A stretch of DNA of 64,000 bases from Chlorokybus atmophyticus (lineage: Eukaryota > Plantae > Mesostigma and Chlorokybus algae): NCBI GenBank assembly GCA_009103225.1, contig RHPI01001517.1, positions 136,505-200,504 of the forward strand. The letters are read 5' to 3'. Below, piece by piece: positions 21,901-32,608 of the stretch. Position 1 is the stretch's first letter. Each line of letters opens with the position of its first letter. The notes beneath the pieces were generated by a model. It worked only from the letters and a program-made list of their open reading frames with translations. It searched no databases and was not told the DNA's origin. The translations under genes were made by a program, and so were the position numbers.

Positions 21901-22765
21901 CAAGACAGACAAAAAGCCCATGCTGATGCGCATCGTAGAGAGGCCAACTACGATGTGGGCTGTTCGGTACTTCTCAGCACCAAAAACATATCCATCAAGG
22001 GTGTGGGTACCCGCAAGTTTTTCCCTCGCTGGATAGACCCTTTTAAGGTGATTGATCAGGTCGGCACTCACGCGTACCGTTTGGACTTGCCAAAATCGAT
22101 ACGCATTCATAATGTGTTTCGTGTGAGTGTACTGAAACCATACCGTTCTGACGGTTGGGTTCAACCTCCTCCACCCCCAATTGCAGTGGATGCGACGATA
22201 CTTTTGAGTATGAGGTGGAAGCAATCTTGAGTCATCGTTAGCCTCGACGCGGACGCGCGCCGTCTTACTTGGTGAAATGGAAAGGGTATGGCGTTGAGCA
22301 CAATACATGGGAGCCCGAAAGGAATCTTACCAACTGCCAGGACATTCTTCAGGGGTACTGGAGTACTGTGTCCACATGCGGACGGTGAAAGGGTGCTGGC
22401 AGACATCTTTACCGCTTTGGCCCTGATTCTCTTACTACTTTCGTTTCTTTACTCGTCGTGGGGCTTTGCTAAACCTTCAATGAGGACATTGAAACCTAAG
22501 TGGGGGGAATGTAACGGTGTGCTATTTCCATAGAGGTTCCCCGCCCTTATTTAGGATTAAGTAAGGGTCCCAACGGGATTATACAGCCTAGTAAGCCATA
22601 TTAGGGCCGTTAACCTATGTTAAGGCCCTAATGTAGTGTTACTTATTATTAACACTGATATCGACATGAGACATGAGTCTCATGTCGATATCAGCCGCAT
22701 GGCGGCGCTGCTAACGCAGCGGCCGCCATAGCCAGGGGATCTTCTGCTTCGGCAGTTGCCCTGGC
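18990..22765 (+). mobile_element. Older, heavily mutated chromovirus Ty3/Gypsy relic (pol, PPT, start of 3' LTR); gag and 5' LTR missing
   Basis: FLIDTCATHNF protease, VYLDD RT, RNase H, integrase, chromodomain YEVEAIL...YLVKWKGYGVEHNTWEP (~22207-22360), many stops and frameshifts; PPT AAGTGGGGGGAA then TGTAACGG at 22510. The LTR end is not defined. Confidence 0.92.
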
Positions 22766-22848
22766 GGCGGCGGCGGTAGCGGCGTCGTGGCGAGTGGCGG
22801 TGTTGGGGTAGGGGATTAAAGGGAGGAGGGAGCACCCCCCCCCCCCTT

Positions 22849-22851
<3 letters not shown>

Positions 22852-22882
<31 letters not shown>
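22852..22882. repeat. (CT)n microsatellite
   Basis: Direct reading. Confidence 0.95.
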
Positions 22883-22890
<8 letters not shown>

Positions 22891-24105
22891 AATCTTTTCC
22901 TCACCCGGGCTCTTCCCTTTGGTTGCTTCCAACATGTGTGCGCTTGTACGAGGCATATGGTGTCATCAATGCATGTATTTGCGGTGCGTTGAAAAAAATA
23001 TGAGTGCATGTGTTGGGCCTTCATTAACAAATTGCATCGCAACAACTAGTAGATGCACATAGGTAGGTTGAAGAGTGTGTTACTCAAATGGATTGTGCAT
23101 GTATCCAACAAGCTGCATGTGCACACGCACATGTGCACATGTTTGCACCGTGTTTTGTTTTCTTAAATACAACCCCCTTGAGTTGTAACAGCTGTTACAA
23201 CACCCCCCATTAATTGAAGGGGGGGGGGGNNNNNNNNNNNNNNNNNNNNNNNNNNNNNNNNNNNNNNNNNNNNNNNNNNNNNNNNNNNNNNNGGGGGGGG
23301 GGGGGGGGGGCTTGCACGGGGGTCTTATTAAATTAAACCACGGTATATGCATGCATTCATGAGTGTGCTTATGTCTCTGCGCGTGTATGTGCATGTACAG
23401 TCCGTGAGCAAGGCCATGTGTAAGATGTGCATAGACATGTGTGCATACCATACGTGATGTATGGTACAATGTGAATATGTGTGCATATATAGCAATACGA
23501 ATGAGTATACATATATGTATTTAATACATGTATATTATCATGCACTTACCTGTCGACTGCGCAACGCATCGGTTATGAAGGCTTTTTGAGGTATGTTTCA
23601 TGAGTTCTAGCAAAGTTACGGTCAGCACATCAAGGTGTAGTTTAATTATGCTGGTAGGACTCACATGTGACTGATAATCGCTGGTTGTGACCGGTTTGGG
23701 AGTTGTATGGTAGTTGTGGCAGCTAAAGTGGTTAAAACGGTTGTAGAGGTGTGGTAGGAGGGTATGTAAGTGTCCTTGACTTGTGTTGCAGCTGGTTGAG
23801 CGCAAGTCCCTTGTTCTATTGGAAGCATAAATCTACTTGGAAAGGCTTCAAGACTTGGTTGGTCGTGACCTTGGTCATGTGCTTGCCTTGAGTGTGCACA
23901 TGCTTAGATATGCTTGTGTGTATGAGCGTGTACTACACCTTGTGAACGGACCACACCTTGGCCTCATTTCCCCGTGCATCACATGCCAATTGCAAATGTA
24001 GAAGCCCGTGCTGGTGTCTAGGTTGGCTAAGACAAGCGCTTGTTACTTGCGCTCAACTCATTCGCATAAAGGTGTGCGGGTGTTTGTGGTTGTGGTGGAC
24101 GTGGA

Positions 24106-26700
24106 ATGCCCGTGGCAACAAGGTCAGAAGCTGGTCTGAAGGAGCTTGAAGTTCCCTTGGAAGAGAGAGAAGTGTTGCCCGAGAAAGAAGTGCCCACTTC
24201 CTCGAGCGAAGGAGAGACTTCGAGGACGAGCCAGCGGGTGACAAGGAAGATCACGAGGATGTTGAGGAGGTTGAAGAGGAGGAGCCAGATCTGATGGACA
24301 CTTTGTAGAAGACGGAGATGGAGGGTGCGCGCACGCGTTTCAACCCCTGGCACATTAGAGCTACAAGACTTCAAGGACAGGTTTAGGGTCGCATGATCAG
24401 CTGATCGGCATCTGACAAGTCATGGAATGAGCACAAAGCATTCAAGATGATGCCCAGATTCTTGGAGGACGAAGCTTTGGGCACGTGGAGGGAGTGCAAG
24501 AGGAAGTTGAAGGCACGGAAAGAGGTGTGTAGAGCTGATCATGGAGCTGAGTTTGAGAAGGAGTGGGCGAAGATGCAGCCCGTGAAGAAGTTTATGGTGG
24601 TGTTGACGTCGATGTTTTCACAATAAACACCGGCTAAGATGATGGAGCTGATGTACTTTAAGCGCAAGGATTGCGAGACCCCACGCATGATGTACACGAG
24701 GATGGTGAAGTTGTTGGAGGACACGGAGCATGAGGTTGTGTCAAACAAGATGGCCGCGGTGTTGTACTTGCGTGCGTTGAAGAATGGCTTAAGTGAGGCC
24801 GTGCAAATTTGTTTAAACCGTGTTGAGATGAGCACATCAAGGCGCAAGCTACACGATTCATAACGACTTCGTGGCAGACGGGAACGCCCAATGGCAGCAA
24901 GAGTATGAGAAGAGCATTGGTTCAGTGGCGGAGGACATGGCGACGCAGCTGTCGGGAGCTATCAAGCGCACCGATGCTGGTCGGCGCGATGGAGGGCAAG
25001 CTACAGTCACCAAGTCAGCCCCGCGGCCGGTGAGGAGTGTGGAGGTTGCAAACGGTGTTGCCATGAGTGCACGGCATGAGGAGCAGCAAACGAGAGTGTG
25101 TTGGAGGTGTGGAGAGGCCGGCCACATAGCCAAGTATTGTGCAAAGAGGCAAGGCCTTGTGTGTTCGTATTGTGGGAAGGCGGGCCATGAAGACAATGCG
25201 TGTTGGAGGAAGCATCTGCACTTACGTGCTGAGGTGCTGAGCGGCAAGCACATTCAAGCGGGAAGCTCACAAAGCCATGCGGAGCTGGCGCGTGCAAGCA
25301 AGGTGTCCGCGCTCGTTGCCGAGGTGGCGGAGTTGAAAGCGGCGCTAGCGAGGCTGCGCACGCCGGAAGGCGACCCAATTGGCGTCCGACAGGAGAAGAT
25401 GACGATGATGGAGGTGCGTACGCGTATTTGGCATACAGTGCGGCGTGGTGCAGTCTAATGACGGTTACGGCAGCTACGAGGACTGCGCGCGCTGCACCAG
25501 CACCTACGGTGGCGGTATCGCCCTGCATGCGTGGCAATGGGGTCCGCATTGCAGCCTTGAAGGTTTGTAAAGTTGCTGGGTAATGAGGAACTGTTTGCAC
25601 CAGCAGGTGCGCGTTCACGTGCGGTATCGGCTCCGTTGACGGCGACGGCGGGAGGCCATGCGCCTGCGCCAGTTCGGGAGGTCGGCGTTGTCAATGCCTT
25701 TGGTGAGGAGGTTTGTGAGTGTGGAGCAGCATGAAGGCATGCATATCGATGTGAAAAACGATGTGGATGAGGGCAAGATGCCGTCCATGAAGGGTTTGGC
25801 ATCTTTGTTGGAGACGGCAAGTGCGCAAGTTAGCTCGGCATGTGCGCGCGTCATGAAGGTGCCAACGGCGGCGCATGCAAATGCAAGTGCATGTCCATGA
25901 GCTCGCGGGAATGCTTCTCCATCAGCACATGTTGCCACTGAAGGATGTCGAATGTACTTTAGAGCATTGGGGGTGCGTGTTGGGGCACATGTTGAAGCCC
26001 GCGACAGCCGACGCAGCTACGCAAGTCGCTTTCGATTGTGAGGTAGATACAAAGAGTGAGAAGGAGTTTGGGGCGGTCGGCTATGAGGAAGATGAGCTTC
26101 ATGGAGTGACGGACGGTGAGCAAGAGCTGGAGGTGGAGGTGCCTATGGTGGATGTGACGAACGGCATGCGCACGGAAGTGGTGGAAGAGCTGGTGCAGCT
26201 GGACTTGTCGGCGGCATTGTCGAGACCAACGGTGAGGCTTCATGTTGTTGCAACGGTGGCAACAGTGGACAACACACATGGTCATGTGCTGAATGGGTAC
26301 ACACCGGAGCGCGTGCTCGTGGATACATGTGCGCAACCGGTAATACTTGGAGCATGAGCGGCAGAACGGATGGGGTTGCAGCAAAAGAATTGGGGGCCAT
26401 GTCCGTGTCATCTTAAAACAGCTAGAGGAGGGGTTGAGGCCGTGTTTGCAGTGACTCACTGTGACATTGAAGCTCGTGCAGATCCAGCTGACTGCGCATG
26501 GTGGAGGGCAAACCACTCTTGGTGTTCATTGCCTTATCGACGAGGGGGGGAGCTATGATGTACTGTTGGGGCAGGAGTTCTTGTATTTGGTGGGAGGGGG
26601 AGTGGATAACTGGTTGGAGCATGGCTTTTTTAGACCGGGATGAGAGCATGATTATGGTGAGAAGACGTTCTTCCCGTTGCGAGTGAGAGAGGTTGAGGAG
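24106..26700 (+). mobile_element. Degraded gag-protease region of an LTR retrotransposon, cut by an assembly gap
   Basis: Two CCHC knuckles (CWRCGEAGHIAKYC, CSYCGKAGHEDNAC); VLVDTCAQPVILG and YDVLLGQ retropepsin-like motifs; many stops. Confidence 0.8.
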
Positions 26701-27329
26701 GCTCAAAGCGAGGGGGGGGGGGGGGGGGGGGNNNNNNNNNNNNNNNNNNNNNNNNNNNNNNNNNNNNNNNNNNNNNNNNNNNNNNNNNNNNNNNNNNNNN
26801 NNNNNNNNNNNNNNNNNNNNNNNNNNNNNNNNNNNNNNNNNNNNNNNNNNNNNNNNNNNNNNNNNNNNNNNNNNNNNNNNNNNNNNNNNNNNNNNNNNNN
26901 NNNNNNNNNNNNNNNNNNNNNNNNNNNNNNNNNNNNNNNNNNNNNNNNNNNNNNNNNNNNNNNNNNNNNNNNNNNNNNNNNNNNNNNNNNNNNNNNNNNN
27001 NNNNNNNNNNNNNNNNNNNNNNNNNNNNNNNNNNNNNNNNNNNNNNNNNNNNGGGGGGGGGGGGGGGGGGGGAGGGCGGATGCGATGATGCGTGTGGGTG
27101 AAGGCGAGTGAGGAGGTCAGTTGGCATTCTCGGAACGTGAACACCAGCTGAAGGGTGTGTGATGCGCGCTTGTTGTGTACAAATATGGGGCAGCTTCAGA
27201 AGAAACCCTAGCTAGCATACATGCTTAGAGGCAGCTACAGCATGCGAAGGTGGAGAAGGTGCAGCATGATGCGGCCATGACGAGCCTGTGGACGACATCC
27301 TCGAGCGACGACAAGAGATGCCATAATAA

Positions 27330-27535
27330 TATACATGCACGTGTGTATATATGCATATATATGTGTGTATATATACACATATGTGTATATAAGCATATAC
27401 ACATATGTGTATATAAGCACATTTACACAATTTATATATATGTAAATATATACAAGTATAAGTGTATACATATATGTAGATATATACATATGTATATATT
27501 TATATATATCTACACATATATGTACATTGATAAAT
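27330..27535. repeat. AT-rich (TA/TG/CA) simple repeat
   Basis: Degenerate ATATATGTGT-type run. Confidence 0.9.
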
Positions 27536-27889
27536 AAAATCAAGTATTTAATGTGAGTGACATTGCATGCTCGCCACATGTATGATGCAACATGTCTTTA
27601 CTTCACGAGGAGTTAAATCAATAGTCTTAATAAAAACCATTGAATTATATCGTACATTATGCAGCATTGCAGCTCAGCGCTGCGACAAAAAGAGCAAGAT
27701 CAATCACTATAAGAATGGTCCACGATTAATAGTGACGGATTGTGGTGGTGCATACACATGTTTGCGTAATGTTGGTATGTAAGTTTCATCGTGGAAGAGC
27801 ATAAGCACAACCCTTCGAGTATGCTGGCTAGCAAGTTTAACTAGCCTGTTTGCATGCGACCCAACATTCTCGTATTGTCACGCATGCTT

Positions 27890-28425
27890 GCTTAACCCAA
27901 CGTCAATATTTTAGCATCACACGCACTCATTGTGCATGGTGTGTGCAAGCTGCATGCTTTCTATGTACTTGCTTATATGTGTACGTGCGCAACCCAACGT
28001 CGTTGTTTATGCAGCCTGCACTCATTGTGCATGATGTGTGCAAGCTGCGTGTTTTCTATGTACTTGCTTGTATGTGTACGAGTGCTTGCTCAACCTAACG
28101 TCATTTCAAAATCTTGCACTCTTTGTGCATGGTGTGTGCATGCTTGCTTAACCCAACGTCTTTGTTCAGCAACCTGCACTCATTGTGCATGGTGTGTACA
28201 AGCTGCATGTTGTCTATGTAGTTGCGTTGGAGAGTGTGACTATAAGTGGGGTGTTGGTGAGTGGCCTCCGGAAAGAGGCTCACAGAAATTGGATTAGGCT
28301 GAACTCATTGGGCATGGTGTGTGCAAGCTGCATGTTTTTAAAGTAGTTGCGTCGGAGAGTGTGACTATAAGTGTGGTATTGGTGAGTGGCCTCCGGAAGG
28401 AGGCTCACAAAAATTGGATTAGGCT
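27890..28425. repeat. Degenerate tandem repeats (~60-130 bp units)
   Basis: Five copies of the CACTCATTGTGCATGGTGTGTGCA core; the last two units also share GAGAGTGTGACTATAAG...TTAGGCTG. Confidence 0.85.
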
Positions 28426-28909
28426 GCGGTGTGTAGATAACCCACGGTATTCTTTAGTAAAAGGCGAAAGAATAGTACGCCAGATGAGTCAACTACGCAG
28501 CGGATACTGTTTCCGGTATTTCTGTCTGTTTATGTAAGGCCGTTGCATGCTAGCTTGTCGCGCAGTGAACGCTGGCACATTAGCAGCGTCGTGTAAGCCG
28601 TCGGTTAGGCGTCGGCGCATCGACGGCGTACGCACGTCTCTGCCACAACTGTGAAGGAGTTTTCTCAGTCATACGATGGCCGAAAGCTGCACATCGACGG
28701 CGTTAACCGCAGCTGCGTGCCCAGCGTTCCGTGCCGGTAGAGGACGACGGCGGGGGTTTATGTTATGACTGTTTCCGCATTCCAGTTATCAGCTGCGTAG
28801 TTGACTCATCTGGCGTATTATTCTTTCGCCTTTTACTAAAGAATACCGTGGGTTATCTACACACCGCAGCCTATTCCAATTTTTGTGAGCCTCTATCCGG
28901 AGGCCACTC
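28384..28909. repeat. 118-bp inverted repeat around a 290-bp spacer (foldback/MITE-like)
   Basis: Arms 28384-28501 and 28792-28909 with 4 mismatches by eye; no TSD found. Confidence 0.92.
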
Positions 28910-29314
28910 CCAACCCCCATCCCCACACGCACATACTACGTCATTACGTACAAATACATACATACCCACTCATCCACCCACTCACTCACAGTCTACGCAC
29001 ACACACCTCTGCGTACACACACGCACATACAGCCTCCTGCCCCCTTATTCACTCTACACATGCGCACGCGCGTATCATTATGAGTAGTTAGCCTGCACAC
29101 ATAGGCCTCAGCCATAGCCGCAGCTTATAGCATGCATGTCTGCAAACGTGCCAGTAATACTTGTCACGAAGGAAACGATTATGTCAACAACTCTCATGCA
29201 TATCAATAAAACAACTGTACGTGCCCAAGTGCAGGCACCCTGCCCATTGTGCATGAATACGTGTTGAGTTACCACACGCTAGCCTACTCACTAGCAACAA
29301 AGGCTCACATGCTG

Positions 29315-30778
29315 TTAGACACCCGTCCAAAGCATGTATAGCAGTATCACAGCGGCCGGGAACACTGTCGACACAAAGGCGGGCCCAACATAGGATGCAT
29401 GGTTGGCGGGTGGCGTGCAACCTGTCAGTACAGTTGCCACTTGAGTTGCTTCACTAGCATGTCAAGTTACATGCATACGAGCATGTGAGCAGATGCGCGC
29501 AATCAGGTATGCACGAGTGTGCATCTGTGTGTACATGCGTGCATGCTTACACGTGTGCACAAATCCATGCACATATGTGTGCGTGCGCGCGCGCGTGTGC
29601 GTGCATGCATGCCCTGCCCGTGTGCATGTGTACACGGTGTCTGCGTGCATACTGTGCATGTACACACTGTGTCTGCGTGCATACACGTGCGCGTGCACAC
29701 ACGTGCGCGTGCACCAGTGCGTTTGCCTACATGTTTAAAAGCACCCCAACACAAACCGCACCTTCGCAGTCAAAGCAGCCCGCAGCCCGCGACATGCGGT
29801 ACCAGTCTTGCGCGGATCCCAACTCGAACGGCACATACGACACCAAGTCCTGCTCACACACAACCACACCATCACCACCAAACCACACCCAACACCACCA
29901 ACTCCTGTCACCCAACACCAACAATCCCTCACCCCCGCAGGCAGCGAGCAGTTGAATCGCATCTCCCAACATCCCTCTCGTCCCAACGCAGTGTACGCGG
30001 TGTTGAGGGCGCGCGAGCACTCCGGCGCGCAACCTCTCAGTGCCAACGAAGAAGGTGGGGATGTGGTTGTGAGGGTTGTGGCAGCCATCTGAATCAAAGC
30101 GGCTTGGAAGGCGCACTGGGGAGAGGGGGACAAGGGAGGGGTGAGTACATACACGCATACAGCGAAAATGTAGTTGTGTGTGCGCACGCGCGCGCGCATG
30201 CATGTGCACAGGTCAGTGTACAATTACTAACTAAACTTGTGGCGTGACTGTCTTTGTTGTCTGACATCGACTACACATTCGCTGAAGGCCAATCACGTAA
30301 TGATGACACTGCTACTGCTGTGTCATTCTTGCTGTGTCATAAGACTGATGCCACGTGTTACTGTTGTTCTCTGCGTGTTTTCTGATGATCACGAACAATT
30401 ATCGAGGTAGCTGCAAGAGTCCAGTCCACTGAACAAGAAGCTTATGACGCTGAACTGGCGTCTGATTTGAAGGCGAAGTCTGCCTACACTATAATGCACA
30501 GTCATGTTGTACACAACAACTCTTCCTCCTTCTCTCTCTCTCTCTCTCGCATGCTCTTAGAGGAAATCACCCACCCACCCACCCACACCCACACATCCAC
30601 CCACCTCATACACCAAGTTTTGGCATGCGGCTGCCCCACACCGCTCCATCCTGGCCTGCTCTTCGTTGTCGTGATTGCTATCCGCCTTCACTCCCAGCAC
30701 CGCCGTAGCGACCGCCACCACAAGCACCAGCGCAACCTGACATCGTACTGATGGGGTCGCCCTCCTTCGTAACGCCAT
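29315..30778 (-). CDS. Small secreted Cys-rich protein with hydrophobic C-terminus (GPI-anchor or TM candidate), 4 exons
   Basis: Signal-like MALRRR...VALVLVVAVATAVLGVKA; phase-consistent GT-AG splicing gives CGAAACQNLVYE / MAATT...GCAPEC...GCWEMRFNCSLPAG / DLVSY...GCFDCE / GCTPP...AVILLYMLWTGV*. Confidence 0.65.
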
Positions 30779-32608
30779 GCCGCCGCTGGCACAGGAGGAA
30801 GAGGCGGCGGCGGTTGCGGTGGAGGAGAAGGAGGAGGAGAAGGAGAAGGAGAAGGAGGACAGAAGTGGCTTCTGGTGTAACTGGCACCGGAAGCCAGCCT
30901 TCCTGTCGGTTGGTTGTGAGCGAGTTTGTTAGCGAGGAATGTGGCTGTGAAAGGCATGACCGTTCTGGTTGCGAGATTTTCAGATAGCGATTGTGGCACT
31001 GCTTATCTACTGAGGGTTAGCGACTTTCGCAGGTCACGTGATGGTCGACACACAGTTGAGCGCACAGCATTGTGCCAATGAGCATGGGCTGTGCACACTC
31101 ATATATTATCAGTTACATGGCCAATTTGCACTCAGTCAAAACTTGCAGTTTAAAGCTGGTGGCCAATGGCATCCGGTATTGGTACACACTATTCAGCCCT
31201 TCATTGTACAGGCCGGTCATGAGCTAATGTGCGTTGAGGTGACAGAGCAAATGACGAAGGATATAATGAATAAAGTAAAACATCAAAGTAGGCAGTCTGT
31301 TGCCGTTGAACAACATATGATGTTTACGGGTTCATATCCGCTGTACTGTTGATTATGTAATGAACACGATGCGTCCATTCATGTGTGGTATCCAAGAGCA
31401 TCAAGTCAAATAACGTCCATGCTAATTGAAACCTTATGAGGTTCAGCGTCAACGCTTGAGAAATATGTTAATTGTGTTCAAACTTTGCATAAGGCCACGT
31501 TTATGTTTCCCACCACCATTGTATCATTAATCGAGGTCGTGTGTACAAACTTCAACGGTGAAAGTTAATGCGGCATTGAATTGCGTCATCAACATGCCGC
31601 GCACATAATTGACTATAAGGTTGCAATAAGCGTTAGAGAGCAATGCAACACATACACATGGAGCATATAAGAGCTACGCTAGACACGCTCACAAAAAGTG
31701 CAAGATGCAAATACACTCAAGAAAAAAACGCAACAGAGCAAATAAGTAGAATGGAGACCAAGCCAGTGCTTTATACAACACCTAAAGTAAGGACACACCC
31801 CTAGGACCCTATTAAAACTCTACACCCTTAAGCCGTCACAAGAGCACCATGTTGTTGTTGCATACGATGAGTGTAACCACCTGCAGAGCGCACAGACGCT
31901 CACGGACATATGTAACGCACACCGTATGCATCCCCTGACAGGTTTGAAGGATTGATGTTGAGCAAGAATCAGACTCATATCCATTCGTGATAGCGCTGCC
32001 CACCGCACAACGCTTACATGCTTGTACGACAAACGGGAACGGTGAGTAGAGTAGCAAGGTGGGTAGCATAGCCCAGTGGTGGATCATGTAAGATGCAGTG
32101 CATGTGCTTGTCATGAATGACACCCCATGCTTTGTTGAATCACACCCTATGCATGCAGCATAAGTGGCATACGATCTCTTGTACAGTGTAAGGGTTCAAG
32201 TGTTCCTGGCTTTGATTGGCTCGGCATCATATGCACGCACGGACACACAGCACACAAACAGCCACAGGACATAGCACACACACGCAGCATGTACAACACG
32301 CTGACTCACATACACGGCATGCAGCACACATAATTGCAAGCAACACCGTCACACGCAGCACACAGCGCACACGCAAACACAACACACCTACTCCCACCCA
32401 ACCACTACACTTACACTACAACAACTCTACCTTAAGCATTTGCACTATCACAAGCTCACAACTTATTAAATCAAAGGGCTTACATAAAGTGGAAAGCCTC
32501 TCTATTCCACAACGAGGAACTGTACATTCATGTGGAAAACACCCGCAACACACTCGCATTCACGTCCACACACCCCCACCCATATCTGCTTTCCCAACTC
32601 AACACCCC

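Noticed and set aside
26422-27144. ORFs spanning N runs (also 23.2, 45.7 and 62.6 kb)
   Set aside because: Open only because of assembly gaps next to poly-G/C.
27890-28425. CRISPR-like repeat/spacer look
   Set aside because: Eukaryotic context, degenerate units of unequal length, mutually similar spacers, no cas genes.
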